Of a stretch of DNA of 37,469 nucleotides, positions 27,904-35,044 are shown in pieces (position 1 is the first letter of the stretch; each line of letters begins with the position of its first letter). The stretch lies in assembly GCA_041593295.1 (NCBI GenBank), contig JBFHON010000001.1, forward strand, positions 1 through 37,469. Reading direction: 5' to 3'. Both the position numbers and the translations under genes were made by a program. This DNA is from Oceanococcaceae bacterium. Its GTDB lineage: Bacteria; Pseudomonadota; Gammaproteobacteria; Nevskiales; Oceanococcaceae. A model generated the notes under the pieces. It ran no database searches. It was not told the DNA's origin and saw nothing but the letters and a program-made list of their open reading frames with translations.

Positions 27904-28620
27904 ATGAAAAAGACACTCTTGGGTCTGGCCCTGGTCTCCGTCACCGGAACCGCGCTGGCCAGCAGCGAAATCAACCTGGGTATCTCCTCGGAGTACGTGT
28001 TCCGCGGCGTTCCACAAAGCAACGGTGCTCAGGTCTGGGGCTCGTTCGACTACTCCATGGACTCCTGGGGTACCTACCTCGGCATGTGGGTTTCCAACTC
28101 CGGACTCTCCGGCAACGAGGAAGTGGACGTCTACGGTGGTTACGCGCTGAGCCTCGGTGAAACCCTGTCGCTGGACTTTGGTGGCATTGGCTACTTTGAT
28201 CCCAGCGCTCCGGAAAGCTCGGTGCCCAACAACATCGGCGAAGCCTATGTCGGTGTGAACTGGGGTCGTCTGAACTCCTACCTGTACTACGGCTTTGGTT
28301 CGACCGCAGCCAAGGAAGACGAGTACGGCTATTTCGAGGCCAACTACGAAATCGAACTGCTGGCGGATGCGCATCTGCGCGTGCACGGCGGCTACTTCCT
28401 GGGTCTGGGTGACTACTACGACCTGTTCGCTGATGACGATTACTTCGACTACGGCGTCAGCTTCATCAAGGACTATGGCCTGGCCGGACAGATCGCCCTG
28501 GCGATCACGGCGACCAGCATCGATGCCACACACGGTTTCAATGCGATCAGCCCGTCCTTCGAGAGTTCACGTCCGCAGTTCACCGTGGGCTGGAGCCGGA
28601 GTTTCGGATCCGCGTTCTGA
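27904..28620 (+). CDS. TorF-family (TIGR02001-like) small outer-membrane beta-barrel, paralog 2
   Basis: Starts at MKKTLLGLALVSVTGTALA. SEYVFRGV motif, Gly/Tyr-rich strands, and a C-terminal aromatic residue (..FGSAF). It begins 43 nt after oppF. Confidence 0.75.
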   Translation: MKKTLLGLALVSVTGTALASSEINLGISSEYVFRGVPQSNGAQVWGSFDYSMDSWGTYLGMWVSNSGLSGNEEVDVYGGYALSLGETLSLDFGGIGYFDPSAPESSVPNNIGEAYVGVNWGRLNSYLYYGFGSTAAKEDEYGYFEANYEIELLADAHLRVHGGYFLGLGDYYDLFADDDYFDYGVSFIKDYGLAGQIALAITATSIDATHGFNAISPSFESSRPQFTVGWSRSFGSAF

Positions 28621-28640
28621 GCGTAATCAGGCGTACGACA

Positions 28641-28668
28641 AAGGGAGCCTCAGGGCTCCCTTTTTTTA
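28641..28668 (+). terminator. Rho-independent terminator
   Basis: AAGGGAGCC-tcag-GGCTCCCTT followed by TTTTTAT, 20 nt after the porin stop. Confidence 0.9.
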
Positions 28669-28779
28669 TGCGCCCTGTCTGATTGACCTGCATCATGGCG
28701 TGCCGCGCGGGAATGAGGTTCAGTAGCATAAGGAGCGGCCTTTGGTCTGCCGCTGATGACAACTGATGAGGAGACCGTC

Positions 28780-29238
28780 ATGAATTTTCAACAGATCAGT
28801 GACGTCGTGAAATGGTCCGCCGATTTTCACGCCGAACTCGGCAGCGCATACACCCGGATGGTTGAAGTCACCGAAGTGCCGCGTGTGCGCGAGGTGCTGC
28901 GTTACCTCGCCACGCACGAGCAGGAAATTGAACGCGGCCTGCGTGGTCATCTGCAGCAGACCGAGCCGGGGTTGCTGGGCGGCTGGGTGCGCGGTGCACC
29001 GTCGTACGACAAGCTGCAGTCGTTGCAGAAATTGCGCAGCAGGATGGATGCGGAGACCGTCGATGGGGTGACGAGCCAGGCCGTCGATATTCACAAGGCG
29101 TTGCAGGACATGTACCAGGAACTGGCGGGCTATGCCGAACTGCCGGAAAGCCGTGAGTTGCTGAAAAACCTGCGTGACCATGAAGAGGCGGAAACCCGCC
29201 GCATGGTGCGGGATATCGGCTGGTACGAAAGTACCTGA
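28780..29238 (+). CDS. Hypothetical helical protein
   Basis: 152 aa, counted from MNFQQISD. This start is preceded by GAGGAG with a 6-nt spacer; the ORF-track start at 28756 lacks a Shine-Dalgarno sequence. Charged, predicted all-helical, with HEQE and DHEEAE patches. No family recognised. Confidence 0.55.
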   Translation: MNFQQISDVVKWSADFHAELGSAYTRMVEVTEVPRVREVLRYLATHEQEIERGLRGHLQQTEPGLLGGWVRGAPSYDKLQSLQKLRSRMDAETVDGVTSQAVDIHKALQDMYQELAGYAELPESRELLKNLRDHEEAETRRMVRDIGWYEST

Positions 29239-29350
29239 CGCTCGCAGGGTTCCGCACCGTGGGGCCCTGGCCGCCATCCAGGGCGGTGCCGGTCGGCGCC
29301 TTCTCTCTCCTTTTCAGACAGGTGGGCGCCCCAGGCTGTCGCTCAACCGC

Positions 29351-30391
29351 TCAGGTCAGGCTGCTGCGCAAACTGACGTCCAGCACGCCCGGAGGTGGTG
29401 GGGTGGCAGGGCGATCCTTGCTGCCCGGGTGCCAGTCCAGCGTGTCCAGCCATTGCCCCAGCGGCAAGGCACGCAGCTCGACCCGATCGCGGGCCTGCAG
29501 CCGCTTCGGCAGGAACAACCTGAAACCGCAGCGTGCAGGGAGGTTCAGGCCGGGTAACGGCGGCGGCGTCTCGCCGGTACAGCAGAACCCGGCATGTTCG
29601 CCATTGATCAGAACCTGCAGTGGCAGGTGTGGCGTCAAACCCGGGTTGAAGGCCACGCCTTCTACCTGCTGCGGGCCCAGACGGGTAATGGCGCCGTAGA
29701 TCCACTCCCCGGGTGGCCGCTGGGCAAGGAAGTCCAGACGGGCCTTGAGCGTACGGTTGGCCTGAATGAACAGGTCGTAATCCACCTTCTCGCGTTGCTT
29801 GCCAGCGGCTGGCAGCTGATATTTCTTCCGGTCGTAGCCGCGTTCCTTGTGTTCCTCGCGTTCCGGGTTGACGTTGAGCTGTTGTGGCTGCGCATCAATC
29901 GGGTACAGGGAGCGAAACAGTTCCAGGCTGTCTTCGTAGCGGTTGGTCACCCCGACGAACCCCAGCAGTTGGACAGGGATGCCGTTGAGCATGCGGGATT
30001 GCTGGCCCGTGCCTGAGGCGGACAGCGCGAACTCCTCCAGCGAGCCGGTATACCCCTGAACGCGTTTGCGATGCTCCCAGTGGGAAATCACCTGCTCATG
30101 GGGGTGGCGGACGAATACCGTCAGTTCCCAGGGGGCGAATTGCGCCGCGTAGCGACTGAGCTGGAAGTGTCCACACAGCACCTGCCAGTCACGCTGTGCA
30201 GCCGGTTGGGCCACACGACCCGCCAGATTCTCAGTGGTTGTCGGGCTGTCCGCACCATAATCGCAGAGCAGCGTGTTTTCCGGGAGTACCCGCTCCAGTT
30301 CCATGCGAAACGAGGTTCCGGCGGTTTTCGGGATGTGACAGAAAAGTAGCGCCATGGCGATCAGGGAAAGGTGGGGTGCGGCGGGCGTCAC
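29351..30391 (-). CDS. Sulfotransferase family protein with unknown C-terminal extension
   Basis: The N-terminal CHIPKTAGTSF matches the HIPKTGGTS PAPS 5'-phosphosulfate-binding loop of bacterial sulfotransferase family 2. About 120 C-terminal residues are unassigned. The start is either GTG 30391 or ATG 30355 (MALLFCHIPK). Confidence 0.65.
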   Translation of the reverse strand: MTPAAPHLSLIAMALLFCHIPKTAGTSFRMELERVLPENTLLCDYGADSPTTTENLAGRVAQPAAQRDWQVLCGHFQLSRYAAQFAPWELTVFVRHPHEQVISHWEHRKRVQGYTGSLEEFALSASGTGQQSRMLNGIPVQLLGFVGVTNRYEDSLELFRSLYPIDAQPQQLNVNPEREEHKERGYDRKKYQLPAAGKQREKVDYDLFIQANRTLKARLDFLAQRPPGEWIYGAITRLGPQQVEGVAFNPGLTPHLPLQVLINGEHAGFCCTGETPPPLPGLNLPARCGFRLFLPKRLQARDRVELRALPLGQWLDTLDWHPGSKDRPATPPPPGVLDVSLRSSLT

Positions 30392-30475
30392 AACTGGCAG
30401 ACATGGACAAGCAACCCGGCGGCAAGCCGCAGAATTCTAGGAGGTTTGTCATGCCTTCGCCGGCCCGCGGAAGGT

Positions 30476-31486
30476 TCAGAAGAAAAACTCGTCGGCAAGC
30501 ATCGGGGCTGGCGGCGGTTTGGGGACGCTGTCCTGGGGAACAAAATCGGGGACTGTCAGCCGGATGCGCTCGATCGGGTCGGTGGGAATCTGCGGCAGTT
30601 TGGCCAGGCGTTCCAGTTCCGGGCCGATGCCGCGACCGTTTGCGAGCTGAATGGACAGGCCGGGACGGGCATTGAGCTCGAGCACAAGCGGGCCCAGGTT
30701 GCGGTCCAGCACGACGTCGACACCCAGGTAACCCAGTGGGGCCAGTTCGTAGCAGCGGGTTGCCAGTTCGAGCAGGCGTGGCCAGTGCGGAATCTGGAAC
30801 TGGGCCAGCGCCGTACCGGTGTCCGGGTGGTGCGTGGTCGGCGCGTTATGGTGAACGCCGGAGATGGTCCGGCCGCTGCGCAGGTCGATCCCGGCCCCGA
30901 CCGCGCCCTGGTGCAGGTTGGCCTTGCCATCGGATTCGCGCGTGGGGAGCCGTACCATGGCGCAGACGGGCACGCCCCGAAACACCAGCGTGCGGATGTC
31001 CGGCACGCCGTGGTGAGTGATCGGCGCAAATACCGGGTCGAAATCGACGCAGTATTCGATCATGGCCTCGTCCGGCAGCCCGCCCAGGCTGAACATGCCG
31101 GAGAGGATGTTGGACACATGGTGCTGCAGCACCTCGTGGCTCAGCGGTTCGCCGCTGGCGCGCAGGTAGTCCTTGCCCTGCCGGCCGCGGACCACGATGA
31201 TGCCGTCGCCGCCGGCGCCATGAGCCGGTTTGATGACGAAGTTCTGGTGCGCAGCAAGGGTTTGCTCCAGCGCATTCAGGTCGTGCTGGATGCGCGCCAC
31301 GCCGTACAGTTCGGGTACGGCGATGCCTGCGGAATGGGCCAGCTCCTTGGTGCACAGCTTGTTGTCCACCAGCGGGTACAGGCGGCGGGCATTGAACTTG
31401 GCGATGTAGTCGCCGTTGCGACCGTTCATGCCGATGATGCCGGCCTTGCGCAGGCGCCGCGAGGGCAGTGCGTCGAGCCAGCTCAT
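30476..31486 (-). CDS. RimK-related ATP-grasp ligase (alpha-L-glutamate ligase-like protein)
   Basis: 336 aa. ATP-grasp features FVIKPAHGAGGDGI, ESDGKANLHQGAVG, and GVDVVLDRNLGPLVLELNARPG (Mg-binding E-x-N). The N-terminus GIIGMNGRNGDYI is typical of the TIGR02291-like subfamily. Confidence 0.85.
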   Translation of the reverse strand: MSWLDALPSRRLRKAGIIGMNGRNGDYIAKFNARRLYPLVDNKLCTKELAHSAGIAVPELYGVARIQHDLNALEQTLAAHQNFVIKPAHGAGGDGIIVVRGRQGKDYLRASGEPLSHEVLQHHVSNILSGMFSLGGLPDEAMIEYCVDFDPVFAPITHHGVPDIRTLVFRGVPVCAMVRLPTRESDGKANLHQGAVGAGIDLRSGRTISGVHHNAPTTHHPDTGTALAQFQIPHWPRLLELATRCYELAPLGYLGVDVVLDRNLGPLVLELNARPGLSIQLANGRGIGPELERLAKLPQIPTDPIERIRLTVPDFVPQDSVPKPPPAPMLADEFFF

Positions 31487-33003
31487 GCTTTCTTGTCGGG
31501 CAGCCAGACGCTGCGAAAGCGCCAGTATTCGCTGAGCCGGTAGCCGGTGTAGCGGCCCAGCAGCAGCGTGACTGCGAGCAGGACCAGCAGGCTTTCGGGG
31601 AACAGGCTCACCAGGTGCTGCAGCCAGGCATTGCTCATGACGATAAAGGCCAGGGCCGCGACCGCGAGGCTGCCCAGCCCCTGCGTGATGGCATCCCGCG
31701 AGCCGTGCTCCTCCCAGACGATCGACATGCGTTCAATCGTCATGGCGAGAATCACCATCGGGAACAGGGCAATTGACAGCCCGCGCTCGAAGCCCAGCCG
31801 GTGGCTGGCGATGCTCAGCAGCAACATCAGGATGATGACCATGATCAGCACTGCGGCCAGACGCGGCACCAGCAACAGCTTCAGGTACTCGAGCCCGAAG
31901 CGCAGGGCGAGACCAATGGCCACCACCGAGGAGAACAGCACGCAGCCCCACAGCAACTCGGTTTCGCGGAAGGCCAGGGAAATCAGCACGGGCATGAAGG
32001 TGCCGAAGGTGCGAATGCCCACGACATTCCGCAGCAACACCACCAGCAGGGCACCGAACGGCACCATCAGCAGGATGGTGTAGGTGTTCTGGACATGCAG
32101 GGGCAGCCCCAGCAACGAGACCTGGGCCAGCGGCTGGTGCAGGTCGCGGGCCAGTTCAACCGTGCGCGATTCGGTGCGACGGACCGAGAAGCGCAAATCC
32201 ACATCGCTGCCGCCGTCCACGCTCAGAGTGCGGCCCGGGTGGGTCTGCCAGGTCAGGAAATTCTCCGGCCGGCCCTGTTCGCCGGTGACCGGGTTGAACG
32301 GAATCCACTGCTGCTCATTGTGGACCTCCAGCCAGGGCTCCAGCCGTGCATTGAGCAGGCCGTGCCGCAGCACCAGGCCATAGACCACGCGGGCCGGTAT
32401 GCGGGCGCCGGCGAGGATGTAGGCCACCTGCTGTGCGCGCGCAGCCGGGGTGCGGGCCTCTTCCCGCAGCAATTTGACCGCCGGGTCGCTGCTGTTCTGC
32501 CGCAGCTCCAGGATCAGCTGTCGGGCAAAGGACGCGATATCTGCGGAATGCGTACGTACATCCTGCAACAGGGATTGAATGGCTGGCGCATACAGTTCGG
32601 GGTAGTCCGGTACGGCCGGGTAGCCGGGGAAAGCGTCCGGTCGCTCGCGGGGTGTCTCGCGGGGGTTGACGGTCAGCCGGTAGTACAGCGCCTGCGGGCC
32701 AAAGGCCGAGCGGGTGGACAGCAGCAATGTGCGCTGACCGTCGATCCGGTCCTCGGCCATGCCGAAGTTGCGAACCACGAAGTCCTCGTCGAGGACATCA
32801 AACCCGGGCGGTTTTTCCGGCAGCGCCATCTGCAGCTTGACCCGTCCTTCGCCGCGAAAGCTGGCGCGGGCTTCGATGGTCCACACCGAAGAGCGTGCGT
32901 CCGGCTCCAGCGGCAGGCCCAGGCGGGTCACCTTGTAGTACATCACGCCCAGCGCGACAGCACAGAGCAGGAAGGCGAGGGCGCCGACGGGGGATATTTT
33001 CAC
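31483..33003 (-). CDS. 7TM membrane protein with N-terminal inactive transglutaminase-like domain
   Basis: One N-terminal TM segment and an extracytoplasmic domain of about 280 aa with a TGase-like core. The catalytic positions are substituted (no Cys before RIPARVVYG; EPWLEV instead of H-x-W-x-E; WIPFNP instead of FDP). About seven C-terminal TM segments follow. GTG 33003 overlaps the upstream stop as GTGA; an alternative TTG start lies at 33042. Confidence 0.8.
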   Translation of the reverse strand: MKISPVGALAFLLCAVALGVMYYKVTRLGLPLEPDARSSVWTIEARASFRGEGRVKLQMALPEKPPGFDVLDEDFVVRNFGMAEDRIDGQRTLLLSTRSAFGPQALYYRLTVNPRETPRERPDAFPGYPAVPDYPELYAPAIQSLLQDVRTHSADIASFARQLILELRQNSSDPAVKLLREEARTPAARAQQVAYILAGARIPARVVYGLVLRHGLLNARLEPWLEVHNEQQWIPFNPVTGEQGRPENFLTWQTHPGRTLSVDGGSDVDLRFSVRRTESRTVELARDLHQPLAQVSLLGLPLHVQNTYTILLMVPFGALLVVLLRNVVGIRTFGTFMPVLISLAFRETELLWGCVLFSSVVAIGLALRFGLEYLKLLLVPRLAAVLIMVIILMLLLSIASHRLGFERGLSIALFPMVILAMTIERMSIVWEEHGSRDAITQGLGSLAVAALAFIVMSNAWLQHLVSLFPESLLVLLAVTLLLGRYTGYRLSEYWRFRSVWLPDKKA

Positions 33004-33545
33004 GGGGCGCCTGCAGATGCGTCGGAGAGTGAAGCCGGGCAACGGGCTTCGCGGGTAAAGGTCCTGCCCGCATCAACCGGTGCAAACTTTTCCAGGAAGC
33101 GGCGTCCCAGCAGGACGGGGTAGATGAAGCGACTGCGGTCCACCAGCGTGAACTCGGTGACATGGCGCTCCCCGCCGAGGCAGAAGGCCAATTCCACGAC
33201 CGGTCGGCGGTCGTACTCGCCTTCGTGTTCCTTGATTCGCACGCCACGAATGCGTGGCCGTTCCAGTATCAGGCGATGCTTCTTGCCGTTGGCATCTTCC
33301 AGCTCAACCCGGAAACGCACCCATTTCTGGCCATCGCGGGTGAAGGTTTCGATTCTGTCGGCCTGCAGCGAGGAGGTGCGGGCGCCGGTGTCCAGCTTGG
33401 CCTTGACCGGGATGGTGTCCGGCCCGAGCAGGATCTTTTCGACCCACCCCACGGCCGCGGTCGGCTTGGCGGTCAGTGCGGTCGGAAGAAGCAGGAGGAA
33501 TATGAGCAGTGCCGGCAGGTGCCGGCGTGCAGGAGTCGCAGCCAT
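33000..33545 (-). CDS. Secreted retropepsin-like protease (DUF785 / annotated ATP-dependent zinc protease family)
   Basis: 181 aa. Signal peptide LLIFLLLLPTALTA, aspartyl-protease-like AKLDTGARTSSL motif, and an AAGGA Shine-Dalgarno sequence. Confidence 0.8.
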   Translation of the reverse strand: MAATPARRHLPALLIFLLLLPTALTAKPTAAVGWVEKILLGPDTIPVKAKLDTGARTSSLQADRIETFTRDGQKWVRFRVELEDANGKKHRLILERPRIRGVRIKEHEGEYDRRPVVELAFCLGGERHVTEFTLVDRSRFIYPVLLGRRFLEKFAPVDAGRTFTREARCPASLSDASAGAP

Positions 33546-33671
33546 TGTGTCCTTGGTCCATCACCAGGTCAGTGAGTCTTGCTGAACGTTCTGACGTCCG
33601 GGAATGGTAAAGCATTCACCGGCGCAGGCTGCGGTTTGGCCGGGTGGGCGGCGTTTTCCGCGGACGCAAGT

Positions 33672-33707
33672 GCCGGCAGGGCTGCCGCAAAGCATGCCCC
33701 TGCCGGC
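33672..33707 (-). other. 10-bp GC-rich stem-loop between the Big_2 lipoprotein gene and the DUF785 gene
   Basis: GCCGGCAGGG-16 nt-CCCTGCCGGC, with no U-tract. Confidence 0.5.
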
Positions 33708-33723
33708 CGCGTGCGGTGCGGTC

Positions 33724-35025
33724 TCAGGGTTGGTAGGGGTACAGGGCGGCCTCGAATTCCAGGGCGCCGAGATCATCGTTGTCGCTGCTGCTCGCCCGAA
33801 CCGTGATGTTCGCGCGCTCATTGCTGGAACTGACCAGGCCGGCATTCGAATAGCTGCTCCCGACCGAGCCACCGCTACCGTCACTGACGATCCAGTTCAG
33901 GTGCCGGGTGATGGCACGTTCGCTGCCATCTTCAAAGGTGCCACTGACCTCGAGCGCATAGGTGTCGGGGTAGGTGATGCTGAGCGCATCGGTTGCCGAA
34001 TCCATGGCGACGAGTTCGAGCGCGGCCAGTTCCCAGGATTTGCTGCGAAACACCTCGTCCCGTCGTTCCAGGCTGATATCCAGGTACACCGGGTCCGCGT
34101 CGTCCAGTTCCTCGTCATCCGTTGCCAGCGGCTCCACCACCAGTGCATATTCGCGCGTGTCGGTCTCGATGATGGTCAGTGCCTGCAGTTGCGCCGCATC
34201 GGAAACTTCCACCGCGATCTGGTTGGTGAGATTCTGTTCGCTGCTGCCATCGGCGAACTGCGCCCACAACTGCACGGTTTCGCTGTAGCCCAGCGGAAGC
34301 ACGCCGTTGTCCGTGGCCTCATAGCGCAGGGCAAAGCCCGTGGGTTCCTCGATGGTGAGCTCCTGCGTGGCATAGCGACCGCATTCCGGCAGCTGGGCCA
34401 CCACCCGTACCGGTGTCTGCGCATCGGCGGAGCCGGCGACCAAGCGTCCGCTGTAGTCCACATCCATGTAGGCATTGTTGGCTGCGGGCTCGACCTCCCA
34501 GCTGACCAGGTCCGTGAGGTAGTAGGTGTCCGGGTTACCTTCCACTTCACCGACGAGGGCGAAATTCTGACGTGTCCGGGCTGCCACATGGGCCAGTTCG
34601 GGCTCGATGCGGATGTCACTCAGCGGCAGAACTTCCACCACGATGCTGGCCGTGAAGTCCAGATACTCTGCGCGAACGGTGGCAGTGCCGGGGCGTCGAG
34701 CGATGACGACCCCCGCGCCATAGACCGTGCGCCCATCGGTGCCTTCCGGGATCAGGTCGCCATTGCTGACGCTCACCACACCGGGGTCGCTGGAATCCCA
34801 GCTGACACGCTCGGAGAAATCCCCGCTGCTGGAATCATCGCCGTCGAAGGTCACGATGGCATTCAGGTTGAAGATCGAACACTCGCTCACTTCGGCCACG
34901 CTGCTGTCGTCGCTGTAGGTGACCGACAGCTTGCTCGGGTAGGTGCCTTCGCCGATGCTGGAACACGCGCTCAGCAGCACGGCCCCCAAAGCCAGCATGG
35001 CCGCAGGTTGTGGCAGCGGAAACAT
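33724..35025 (-). CDS. Acidic lipoprotein with Big_2-like bacterial Ig domains
   Basis: Starts at MFPLPQPAAMLALGAVLLSAC-SS (lipobox LSAC). At least three Big_2-like signatures are visible (VSWDSSDPGVVSVSNGDLIP, LVSWEVEPAANNAYMDVDYSGRLVA, LNWIVSDGSGGSVGSSYSNAGLVSS). Confidence 0.7.
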   Translation of the reverse strand: MFPLPQPAAMLALGAVLLSACSSIGEGTYPSKLSVTYSDDSSVAEVSECSIFNLNAIVTFDGDDSSSGDFSERVSWDSSDPGVVSVSNGDLIPEGTDGRTVYGAGVVIARRPGTATVRAEYLDFTASIVVEVLPLSDIRIEPELAHVAARTRQNFALVGEVEGNPDTYYLTDLVSWEVEPAANNAYMDVDYSGRLVAGSADAQTPVRVVAQLPECGRYATQELTIEEPTGFALRYEATDNGVLPLGYSETVQLWAQFADGSSEQNLTNQIAVEVSDAAQLQALTIIETDTREYALVVEPLATDDEELDDADPVYLDISLERRDEVFRSKSWELAALELVAMDSATDALSITYPDTYALEVSGTFEDGSERAITRHLNWIVSDGSGGSVGSSYSNAGLVSSSNERANITVRASSSDNDDLGALEFEAALYPYQP

Positions 35026-35044
35026 GGTTCGACGCTCCGCCTGC

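Noticed and set aside
7485-30391. Functional link between the sulfatase (7485..8897) and the sulfotransferase (29351..30391)
   Set aside because: They are about 20 kb apart in unrelated transcription units. No maturase or PAPS genes connect them.
30439-30675. Textbook AGGAGG-N6-ATG (ATG at 30451) on the plus strand, opening a 75-codon Arg-rich ORF
   Set aside because: The ORF is antisense to the 3' end of the ATP-grasp ligase gene and has the Arg/Gly-rich composition typical of antisense frames. I kept it only as a curiosity that ribosome profiling could test.
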